Of a stretch of 36,188 nt of DNA, positions 14,634 through 22,728 are shown one piece after another; within the stretch, counting starts at the first letter, position 1; each line of letters begins with the position of its first letter. A program made the translations under genes and the position numbers. The DNA comes from a virus. Its lineage: Duplodnaviria > Caudoviricetes. The stretch is taken from IMG/VR virus record IMGVR_UViG_3300037309_000022, positions 1 to 36,188 of that record. One strand, given 5' to 3'. Under the pieces are notes generated by a model, which saw only the letters and a list, made by a program, of their open reading frames with translations, was not told the origin of the DNA and searched no databases.

Positions 14634-16246
14634 AGGGCGACGACATCCTTCAGCGCTTCGACCAGCTCAAGGTCGCGCGCTCACCGTTCGATTCCTCGTT
14701 CCAGAAGATCGCGGAATATGTTCGGCCTATTCGCGCCGACTTCGATACGCAGCGCACGGCAGGCGAGCGGCGCGACAGAAAGATTTACGACTCGACGCCA
14801 GCCCGCGCGTTGCAAAACCTGACCGCTGGCGTCTATGGCATGTTCACGAACCCGGCGAACGAATGGATCGGGGTTCATGCGCAAGACAACGAACTCGACG
14901 AATACCAGCCGCATCGGGAATATCTGGAAGGCCTGACGACGCTGTTGCTCGACAGCATGGCTCCGTCTCAGTCGCGGTTCTACTCGCAGATCAAATCGTT
15001 CTACGCCGATTGGGGCGGGTTCGGGAACGGCGCGTTCTGGGTCGAAGATGATGCGCGAGGACGGCTAATCGACACCTGCATCCCGTTCCACGAATGCTAT
15101 TGGGCCGAGAACGACCTGGGCGAAGTCGACACGATGGCGCGTCTGACACGATGGACCGCGCGGCAGATCGTGCAGAAATACGGCGAAGAGAATACGCCTG
15201 CCGATATCAAGGCTGAGGCCAAGGTGGGCAGCACGGCGCGTCACGACCTCGTGCAATGGGTCGCGCCGAACCCGGATTATCAAGGCGGGCCTGCCTTCAT
15301 CCCAGAGCGCAAGCCCTTTGCCTCTGTCCACGTCCTGCGGCGTACCGGGCACATTCTGAAGCGCGGCGGTTATGACGAACAGCCGGGCTACGCCGCGCGC
15401 TGGGAAGTCGCCGCCGGTGAGGTCTATGGCCGGTCGCAACTGGATCTGATGCTCGCCGATATTATGATGCTTCAGGAGATGAACCGCACGACGATCATCT
15501 CCGCTCAGCGTCAGGCGCAGCCGCCAATCTTGGCGCACCGTGAGGACAAATTCCGGCCGTTCCAAATGTATCCGGATGGCGTGACGTATGGCGCGATGAC
15601 CGACGATGGCAAGCCTCTGGCGATGCCGTTCCAGTCCGGCGCGCGGCTTGAGATTACGCTCGAAATGCTGAACCAGCGCCGCGACGCAATCCAGAGCGCT
15701 ATGTTCTTCAACCTGCTGCAACTGGTTCAGCAGCCTAACGTCACCGCGACGCAGACGCTCGAAATCCAAGAAGAGAAGATGCGTTTGCTGGCGCCGGTTC
15801 TTGGCGAGCTTGAGACGTTCCTGTCCAAGGTCATGTCGCGCCGGTTCAATCTGTTGTGGCGCGCGAATAAAATCCCGCCGCCTCCCGAGGCGCTTGCCGA
15901 GAGCGGGCTGAAGGTCAAGTTCACCTCGCCTTTGGCGCGGGCGCAGAAGACGGCAGACGCATCGGCGGTCACACGCGTCATGGCGACCATCTTGCCCTAT
16001 GCGAGCGTCGACCCGACCGCGCTCGATGTGTTCAAAGGCGACGAACTGGCGCGCACGCTGGCCAATGGCTTCGGCGTTCCGGCCAAGGCCACGCGATCGC
16101 CGGAAGAGGTCGAGCAACTCCGCGAGCAACGGGCGCAGGCAGCACAAGCCGCGCAGATGGCGTCGATGATGAAGCCTGGCGCGGATGCGATGAAGTCAGT
16201 GGCGCAGGCTGGCCAGATCATAACGGAGCAGCGGCCTGCCGCCTAA
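14630..16246 (+). CDS. Portal / head-tail connector (T7 gp8 / BPP-1 type)
   Basis: KIYDSTP, FGNG, ARWEVAAGEVYGRS, TATQ..EEKMRLLAPVLG, FTSPLARAQ. Confidence 0.93.
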   Translation: MKGDDILQRFDQLKVARSPFDSSFQKIAEYVRPIRADFDTQRTAGERRDRKIYDSTPARALQNLTAGVYGMFTNPANEWIGVHAQDNELDEYQPHREYLEGLTTLLLDSMAPSQSRFYSQIKSFYADWGGFGNGAFWVEDDARGRLIDTCIPFHECYWAENDLGEVDTMARLTRWTARQIVQKYGEENTPADIKAEAKVGSTARHDLVQWVAPNPDYQGGPAFIPERKPFASVHVLRRTGHILKRGGYDEQPGYAARWEVAAGEVYGRSQLDLMLADIMMLQEMNRTTIISAQRQAQPPILAHREDKFRPFQMYPDGVTYGAMTDDGKPLAMPFQSGARLEITLEMLNQRRDAIQSAMFFNLLQLVQQPNVTATQTLEIQEEKMRLLAPVLGELETFLSKVMSRRFNLLWRANKIPPPPEALAESGLKVKFTSPLARAQKTADASAVTRVMATILPYASVDPTALDVFKGDELARTLANGFGVPAKATRSPEEVEQLREQRAQAAQAAQMASMMKPGADAMKSVAQAGQIITEQRPAA

Positions 16247-16589
16247 ACCCAAACGCGCGCCACGGGCAGCCGCAGCGGCGCTCGTCACGCGAACCGGCAA
16301 AGCTGCGGCGAAGGTCGCGAAGGCGTTCCGGTTTCTGAGCGAACACGATCAAGGCCGGGTGGCGCTGGAATATCTGGCGCTCGTCGGCAACCTGACGCAG
16401 TCGAGCTTTGTGGCGAACGATCCATATACGACCGCCTTCAACGAGGGGCGGCGCTCTCTCGTGCTCGAAGTCCTGAGCCTCGCGGACCTTGGTCCCGACG
16501 ATATGGCATTTCTTTTGAGGTCACATGAGCGAAGCGGCGGCGACAGCGGCAACGACGACGACACCGGCGACGACGGGGAATTCTTCTGA
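16236..16589 (+). CDS. Bbp19-like small protein; probable non-canonical CTG start
   Basis: DPYTTAFNEGRRSLVL motif; GGAG 7 nt before in-frame CTG 16236; no ATG/GTG/TTG between the in-frame stop at 16223 and GTG 16359. Confidence 0.7.
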   Translation: MPPKPKRAPRAAAAALVTRTGKAAAKVAKAFRFLSEHDQGRVALEYLALVGNLTQSSFVANDPYTTAFNEGRRSLVLEVLSLADLGPDDMAFLLRSHERSGGDSGNDDDTGDDGEFF

Positions 16590-17358
16590 GGCGGCGAAGC
16601 CTGCCGATGCGTGGGGCGAGATTGCTCCCGAGCTGCGGGAGATGGTTACGAAGAAGGGCTGGACCGGACCCGGCGATGCGCTGAAGTCGTATCAGGGGTT
16701 GGAGAAGCTGATCCCGGCCGACAAGCGCTTGAGCGTTCCGCCGTCCGATCCCGCAGCCCTGCCGCAATGGGAAGGGTGGGCTAAGCTGGGCGTGCCAGAC
16801 AAGCCCGAAGCCTATGAACTGAAGCGCCCCGAGAGCTTGCCAGAGGGCATGGTGTACGACGCGGAGCTTGAGACCGCCGCGAAGGCGCTGGCGGTCGAAG
16901 CCAAGCTGACGCCGTGGCAATTGCAGAAAATGCTCGACGGATTCCATGCCCTGCAAGTCACCCGCTACACCGGGCTCGATGGCCAGAAGGCGGCGACCAA
17001 GGCAAAGCTTGAAGCCGATCTAAAGGCGGAGTGGGGCGCGAAGTACGACGACAACATCGCACTTGCGCGCCGGGTCATGGCGACGCTTTCGCCTGCCGAG
17101 CAACAGGGCGTCGACGCCTTCGAGAGCATCAAGGGCGCTCCGGAAGTCTTGCGCATGTTCTCGAAGCTGGGCGCAATGATTGCCGAGGATCGCCTTGCCA
17201 ATCCGCAGGGCGGCAGCGGTGCGCCGGCTAATGCGGCGGCCGAGATCGAGCGTCTCAAGTCCGATCCGAATTTCGTCAAGGCGTTGCAGAACAAGCGCGA
17301 CCCTGGACACGAAGCGGCCAAGCGCCAGTGGGATAAAGCCCACGGCATCGCGGCCTAA
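16525..17358 (+). CDS. Capsid scaffolding protein
   Basis: LKSYQGLEKLI, KLGVPDKPEAYEL, LKAEWGAKYDDNI; lies between portal and capsid. Confidence 0.85.
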   Translation: MSEAAATAATTTTPATTGNSSEAAKPADAWGEIAPELREMVTKKGWTGPGDALKSYQGLEKLIPADKRLSVPPSDPAALPQWEGWAKLGVPDKPEAYELKRPESLPEGMVYDAELETAAKALAVEAKLTPWQLQKMLDGFHALQVTRYTGLDGQKAATKAKLEADLKAEWGAKYDDNIALARRVMATLSPAEQQGVDAFESIKGAPEVLRMFSKLGAMIAEDRLANPQGGSGAPANAAAEIERLKSDPNFVKALQNKRDPGHEAAKRQWDKAHGIAA

Positions 17359-17367
17359 CCACCAAGT

Positions 17368-17514
17368 CGCGGACAACCGGACACCGGCCCGCGCAATCAC
17401 GACATTTGCATACGGAACAACCCGCGGTTCTCGCGGGCTCCAAGACGCTGGGAAAGACCAGGGATGGAGCCGGGCCTCAACCGGTGAGATGCGGGTCCGA
17501 GAGGGCAACCCCGT
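17368..17514 (+). promoter_or_regulatory. Structured capsid mRNA leader with repeated internal-loop hairpins
   Basis: Hairpins 17368-17393, 17414-17441 and 17493-17511 share an RCAA / single-pyrimidine asymmetric loop. Confidence 0.55.
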
Positions 17515-17550
17515 CGCTTGTCGTTTTTCAAGCAATGGGAGTTTCCCGCC

Positions 17551-18417
17551 ATGAGTTCGTCTACCATTGAAACCGCACGTTCAGTGCAGTTTCGCTCGAC
17601 CATCGATCTGCTTCTGCAACAGAAGGTTTCCAAGTTTCAGCCCCACGTCACGCAAGAGACGTTCAAGGGCAAGCGCGGCACCTTCGACCGCATCCGTCCG
17701 ACCGAAATGACCGCCTACACGGGCCGTCACTCGGATACGCCGCTCATCCCGACCGAGCATGACCGCCGTCACATTGTCGGCCAAATGTGGGTCTGGTCCG
17801 ACCTGATCGACGATGAAGACCGCCTGCAAATGCTGGGTGATCCGACTTCGTCCTATGTTCAGAACGTGGTCGCGTCCATCAACCGCAAGACCGACGCGGT
17901 GATCCGCGATGCGTTCTTCGCGGCGGCGCTGACCGGTGAAGAGGCCGGTTCGACCGTGTCCTTCCCCGCTGGCAACATCGTCGCGGCGGGCGGCGTTGGC
18001 TTGTCCTACGACAAGATCATCGCGGCGAAGAAAATTCTGATCGCGAACGAGGTCGATCTGGATGCCGAAAAGCCGATCCTGGCGGTCACAGATGACCAAT
18101 GGGAAGAGTTGATGACCGACAACGATGTCATCAACAACGACTTCTCGCGCCTCGCCATGGTTCAGAACGGCGACGTGATGGAAGTCGCGGGCGTTCGCAT
18201 CGTGAAATATCAGGGCCTCTCGACCGCGTCGGCTGGCGTGCGCGCCTGCCCGCTGTGGGTTCCGAGCGGCATGATGCTGGGGGTCTGGAAGTCGCCGGAA
18301 ACGCGCGTCACCGAAATGCCCACCAAGAACTACAACACCCAAGTCTATGCCCGGATGCGCATCGGCGCGACGCGCATGGAAGAGGGCAAAGTCATCCAGA
18401 TCAACTGCACGGAGTAA
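17551..18417 (+). CDS. Major capsid protein
   Basis: QFRSTIDLLLQQKVSKF, RHSDTP, GATRMEEGKVIQI; GGGAG RBS before ATG 17551; follows scaffold. Confidence 0.9.
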   Translation: MSSSTIETARSVQFRSTIDLLLQQKVSKFQPHVTQETFKGKRGTFDRIRPTEMTAYTGRHSDTPLIPTEHDRRHIVGQMWVWSDLIDDEDRLQMLGDPTSSYVQNVVASINRKTDAVIRDAFFAAALTGEEAGSTVSFPAGNIVAAGGVGLSYDKIIAAKKILIANEVDLDAEKPILAVTDDQWEELMTDNDVINNDFSRLAMVQNGDVMEVAGVRIVKYQGLSTASAGVRACPLWVPSGMMLGVWKSPETRVTEMPTKNYNTQVYARMRIGATRMEEGKVIQINCTE

Positions 18418-18423
18418 TGATCA

Positions 18424-18918
18424 ATGGCCGTCACCACTGAGTCGTCCACTCAATACAAAAAGGACAACGCGCCGACGACCAACGGGATCAACCAGCACTA
18501 CGACCAAGGCGTTCCGAAGTACTGGTTCTTTTCGTTTACGCAAGGCGCGGCGGCTGGCGATGCCAACTCCACGATGGACTTGCGGCAACTGCCTCCGGGC
18601 AAGTTCCGCATCATCGGTCAGGCGTCCTATGTCCGCACATCCGCGTTCGGCGCGTCTCGCACGCTCGACATCGGCCACACCGGCTACACCAAGGCGGACG
18701 GCACGACGGTCGCGGCGGACGAAGATGCGATCCACAGCGCGGCGGACGTGTCTTCGGCTGGCGGGTTCGTTCCTGCCGACGAGAACTACGCGGCTGGCTC
18801 TGGCGGTACGATCTTGATCGACAGCGCCACGGCGGTCACCATCGAAGCGAAGGTCGAGGGCGGAACCATTCCTGCCGGTGCGACCATCGACGGCTTCCTT
18901 GTGACCATCGGGGCCTAA
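18424..18918 (+). CDS. Putative capsid cement/decoration protein
   Basis: Beta-rich, A/G/T-rich 164 aa directly after the capsid gene. Confidence 0.6.
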   Translation: MAVTTESSTQYKKDNAPTTNGINQHYDQGVPKYWFFSFTQGAAAGDANSTMDLRQLPPGKFRIIGQASYVRTSAFGASRTLDIGHTGYTKADGTTVAADEDAIHSAADVSSAGGFVPADENYAAGSGGTILIDSATAVTIEAKVEGGTIPAGATIDGFLVTIGA

Positions 18919-18922
18919 GCCC

Positions 18923-19537
18923 ATGGCCTCAGCCGTTGACCGGACAGAGACGGGCGTCGCGAACCTCGCCTTGCGTTTTATTGGCGAGACGCGACGCCTC
19001 TCCGATGTCGAAACGGACGCGACGGCAGAGGCGCAATACGCGCGCGATTTCCTCGGGATTGCGCGCGAAACGGTTTTAGCTGGATACGATTGGAACTTCG
19101 CGACCCGGCGTGCGTCTCTCGCTGCGTCCGCGACGGCTCCGGCGTTCGGATATAGCTATCAGTACCCTCTGCCTTCCGGGTGCTTGCGCATCCGGGAGGT
19201 GGTGGGCGCTGGCCAGGATTACCCCTGGACCATCGAGAACGACGGCACGCAGCAAGTGCTGTTGATCGATCTGACTTCGCCGATCAACGTGGTCTACATC
19301 GCGGATGTGACCGCCTTCGCGCAATGGTCCTCGCACGGTTTTGCGGCCTATGCGGCGCAGCTCGCGGCGATGATGGCCCTGCCGTTGACCAAGGACGTGC
19401 AGATCGCCCGGCTGATCGAAGACCAGGCCAAGCGCTCCATCGAGCGCGCATACGAATTGGACTCCCAGGAAAGCGGCGGCGTCCCCGGCTTCCCGCAAGG
19501 CTCTTGGATCACGGCGCGCGATGCCTCTGAGTATTGA
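18923..19537 (+). CDS. Tail tubular protein A / adaptor (T7 gp11-like)
   Basis: ANLALRFIG, WNFATRRASLA, YQYPLPSGCLRI. Confidence 0.85.
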   Translation: MASAVDRTETGVANLALRFIGETRRLSDVETDATAEAQYARDFLGIARETVLAGYDWNFATRRASLAASATAPAFGYSYQYPLPSGCLRIREVVGAGQDYPWTIENDGTQQVLLIDLTSPINVVYIADVTAFAQWSSHGFAAYAAQLAAMMALPLTKDVQIARLIEDQAKRSIERAYELDSQESGGVPGFPQGSWITARDASEY

Positions 19538-20927
19538 CCGCGCGCCAGCCTTTAGCCGTGGCGTCGTTGGCCGGAGACTGCAAGGCCGCACCGACTTCGA
19601 AGGGTTCCGGCTCATGCTGGGCTCTTGCGACAACATGCTCCCGATCGTCGAGGGCGGTCTGACGCGAAGGCCAGGCACCTATCACACGGCCAACGCGGTT
19701 TCGACGGCCGAGCGTCTTATCCCGTTCGTGTCGAGCGCGGCGCAGTCCTATGTCATCGAGGCGTCGCCGGGCGTGTTCCGGTTCTACTACGACGAAGCGC
19801 AGATCCAGGTGAGCGGCAGCCCGCTTGAGGTTTCGACGCCATTCACGGCGGACGATCTGGACGGGCTGAACTGGACGCAAGACAGCGACGTGATGTACTT
19901 GCTGACGCGGTCTCGCGGTCAGAAAATCCACAAGCTCTCGCGGTTTTCGCATTCGTCTTGGACGCTGGAAGAGATCGACCCGGACGATGGGCCGTTCTTG
20001 GATGAGAACACTGATAAGACGCACACGATCACGACAGCGTTTTCCTCGGCCAGCGATTACGAGGTGGGCGACGTTGTGTCGTTCACCGCATCCGAGGCGA
20101 CGTTCGAGCCGGGCCATGTCGGCTCGCTGATCCGCATCCGGCTGACCTCGGCCGATGGCGTCGACTATTGGTCGCCAGGGACAACGCTCAGCGGCGTTCA
20201 GACCACGGTTTATGGCGAGAACTTTTACTATGCCGAGTCCGGCACTGAGACGCGCACAAGCCCGCCCGTGCATCTTGAGGGCTCCGTCTATGACGGCATT
20301 CGTGGGGTCAAGTGGCGATACCTACACTCAGGCTTCGGCGTGGCTCGCATCACGTCCTATACGTCTCCGACGCAAGTTTCCGGCGTCATTGTCCGGGAGT
20401 TTCCGGCAAGCCTGAACGCGGCCGCCGCCTATAAATGGTCGATCGGCGCATGGTCTGCGGCTAATCTCTATCCGGGCGTGGGCCTGCTCGCGGATCAACG
20501 CTTGATCGCAGCCAGCACCGACAACCAGCCGACGACCGTTTACGGCTCGAAGGCGCTGCGGAATTACGAGAAGTTCGAGCCTGGCGCGCGGGCCTCTGAC
20601 GCCTTCGTCTATACGCTGGCCAATCTTGAGGCGACGCCGGTGAGCTGGATGGCCACGGTGAACGCCCTGTTGCTGGGCACAGATCGCGGCGTGTTCGTCA
20701 TGTCCGGCGATACCTATGACGACCCTATCGACGCGACGACAGCGCGCGCCCGCCTCGCGGTCAACGAAGGCTGTGCGCCCGTTTCGCCTTTGGTCATCGG
20801 GCCAAAGGTTGTCTTCGTCTCGCGCGACCGGCGCCGTCTTTTAGAGATGGGCTACGACTTCCAGATCAACGGGTTCCAGACCCGCGACCTGACGATCCTG
20901 AACAACGAAATCGGCCTGACGCAATAG
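19521..20927 (+). CDS. Tail tubular protein B / nozzle, N-terminal part (split gene)
   Basis: FSRGVVG...GRTD, GGLTRRPGT, TQDSDVMYL, GAWS...YP, QRLI; ends just after DLTILNNEIG. Confidence 0.88.
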   Translation: MPLSIDRAPAFSRGVVGRRLQGRTDFEGFRLMLGSCDNMLPIVEGGLTRRPGTYHTANAVSTAERLIPFVSSAAQSYVIEASPGVFRFYYDEAQIQVSGSPLEVSTPFTADDLDGLNWTQDSDVMYLLTRSRGQKIHKLSRFSHSSWTLEEIDPDDGPFLDENTDKTHTITTAFSSASDYEVGDVVSFTASEATFEPGHVGSLIRIRLTSADGVDYWSPGTTLSGVQTTVYGENFYYAESGTETRTSPPVHLEGSVYDGIRGVKWRYLHSGFGVARITSYTSPTQVSGVIVREFPASLNAAAAYKWSIGAWSAANLYPGVGLLADQRLIAASTDNQPTTVYGSKALRNYEKFEPGARASDAFVYTLANLEATPVSWMATVNALLLGTDRGVFVMSGDTYDDPIDATTARARLAVNEGCAPVSPLVIGPKVVFVSRDRRRLLEMGYDFQINGFQTRDLTILNNEIGLTQ

Positions 20928-20936
20928 GGGTGGACC

Positions 20937-21335
20937 GTGGCGAACGCGATGTATCCAAGCTGCAAGACATTGCTTCTGGGCGGCGACATCGACCTGTTGA
21001 ACGACACGATCAAGGTGGTGGCAATCGACACGGCGGATTACACCTACAATTCGGCGCATGATTTCCTGAACGATGTGGCGGCGGGTTCCCGGATCGCAAC
21101 CGCAACGCTGGCGTCTAAGACGATTTCGGGCGGCGTGTTCGACGCGGCGGACGTGACCTTCACCTCCGTCACCGGCGATCCATTCGAAGCCTTGATCCTC
21201 TACAAGGACACGGGCGTCGAATCCACGTCGCCATTGATCGCCTATCTGGACAGCGGCTTTGTTGGCCTGCCGTTCACGCCAAGCGGGGGGGATATCACGC
21301 TCGGCTGGAACGCCAGCGGCATCATTTCGCTCTAA
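20937..21335 (+). CDS. 132-aa beta-rich structural (minor tail-type) protein inserted inside the nozzle gene
   Basis: ANAMY, NDTIKVV, HDFLND, GVFDAADVTF, YKDTGVESTSPLIAYLD, GLPFTPSGGDI; recalled from tail regions of long-tailed phages; own RBS and GTG. Confidence 0.8.
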   Translation: MANAMYPSCKTLLLGGDIDLLNDTIKVVAIDTADYTYNSAHDFLNDVAAGSRIATATLASKTISGGVFDAADVTFTSVTGDPFEALILYKDTGVESTSPLIAYLDSGFVGLPFTPSGGDITLGWNASGIISL

Positions 21336-22210
21336 TGGCGGACATCGATGCGCCGCTCCTAACGGTCTCGCAGACCTTTCCAGGCGGCACGCTCACGCGT
21401 CTGCCTGCCGGGAACGGGTTCAAGCGGATCGTCTGGCAGCAAGACCCTTATCGCGCGATCTGGGCATTGCGCTCCGATGGCGTTTTGGTGAGCCTGACCT
21501 ATCGCAACGACCAGAACGTCTACGCCCTGGCGCGGCATGTGTTCGACGGGGAGGTCAAGGACGTTGCGGTTATCCCGCATCCAGACGGCACGCAAGATCA
21601 GCTTTGGCTGTTGATCGACCGGACGGCGAACGGCTCCACGACCCGGCGCGTCGAGCGCATGGCGAAGGAGCATATCCCGGTCTCGGCCTCCGATCTTTCT
21701 GGCTTCATGCTGATGGATGCCGCGGTCATTTATTCCGGCGCGTCCACGCCGACCCTGACGGGCCTGTCCCATCTTGAGGGCAAGACGGTTCACGCCGTCA
21801 CTGAAGGCCGTCACCTGGGGTCCTACACGGTCGCCTCTGGCCAGATCACGTTGAACGAGAACGTGACCAGCGCCGTGGTTGGTCTGACCTACACGAGCGC
21901 GATCGAGAGCGTGCCCCTTGCTCCGGATCAGACCCTTGGGCGGCCTGGCGTCAAGAGCGTGCCGACGCTCTGGCTGAACGTGCTCGATGCGATTGGGGGC
22001 GAGGTCGCGACCAACCGTGGCGACTGGGTCATCATCGACGGGCGCGAGAGTTCGGCACCGATCCAGGCCGAGACGCCGGCGCTTACTGGCGTTGTCGCCG
22101 TCAAGCTTTTGAGCGGCTGGGACCGGGACATCACTGTTCAGGTTCGCCAGACGTTGCCGCTGCCTCTGACCATTTTGGATTTCACCACGACGACGAGGAC
22201 GAGCGCCTAA
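21335..22210 (+). CDS. Tail tubular protein B / nozzle, C-terminal part with a novel ~25-aa leader peptide
   Basis: WQQDPYRAIWALRSDG.LVSLTY, ARH, LWLLIDRT, GLSHLEGKTV, VGLTY, QTLPLPLTIL; TAATG coupling. Confidence 0.88.
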   Translation: MADIDAPLLTVSQTFPGGTLTRLPAGNGFKRIVWQQDPYRAIWALRSDGVLVSLTYRNDQNVYALARHVFDGEVKDVAVIPHPDGTQDQLWLLIDRTANGSTTRRVERMAKEHIPVSASDLSGFMLMDAAVIYSGASTPTLTGLSHLEGKTVHAVTEGRHLGSYTVASGQITLNENVTSAVVGLTYTSAIESVPLAPDQTLGRPGVKSVPTLWLNVLDAIGGEVATNRGDWVIIDGRESSAPIQAETPALTGVVAVKLLSGWDRDITVQVRQTLPLPLTILDFTTTTRTSA

Positions 22211-22728
22211 TGTGCGTTGCCGCCGCAGCCATTCCCATGATCGTGAGCGCAGCCGCCGCGACGGTGAAGGCTGTCGGCGACTATTCGTCCGCGCAGTCCG
22301 AAGCGCGCGGATTGCAGCGCGATGCGACCATCAACGACCGGCAGACGGCCGAAGAAGAGGCGCGCATCCGGTATCGCAACGAGTTCGTGCTGTCCGAGGC
22401 AACGCAAGATGTTTCGGGCTCCGGCCTGACCGCGAGCGGATCGACCCTGACAACCTTGCGCGAGAACGCAAAGCGATTGGAATTGGAGGCGCTCGACACG
22501 CGATACCAGGGCCAATTGACCAGCGCGAAACTGCGCAACAATGCCCAAGCCCTGAAGCGTCAATCCTATGTGTCCTTGGCTGGCGGTCTTCTGGGCAGCG
22601 CGGCTGAGGTTCTGAAGGGTCCAGGCCTGTTCGACACGGGCGGCGCGCAAGCGCCCAAGATGACGCTGGGCGGCACGACAAAGAGCCAAGCGCGCATCGG
22701 CGGGCGCACCATGGGGCCGGTTTACTAA
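22210..22728 (+). CDS. Internal virion / ejection protein, T7 gp14-like
   Basis: MCVAAAAIP N-terminus (T7 gp14 begins MCWAAAIP), SGLTASGS motif; follows nozzle. Confidence 0.75.
   Translation: MCVAAAAIPMIVSAAAATVKAVGDYSSAQSEARGLQRDATINDRQTAEEEARIRYRNEFVLSEATQDVSGSGLTASGSTLTTLRENAKRLELEALDTRYQGQLTSAKLRNNAQALKRQSYVSLAGGLLGSAAEVLKGPGLFDTGGAQAPKMTLGGTTKSQARIGGRTMGPVY

Noticed and set aside
20900-21420. Intron, intein, ribosomal hop or excisable element restoring a single nozzle protein
   Set aside because: No group I/II intron or intein hallmarks are visible and the insert is almost fully coding. The only micro-repeat (GCCTG(A/C)CG) would rejoin the halves out of frame, and the second half has a coupled ATG. 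Not excluded without RNA data.
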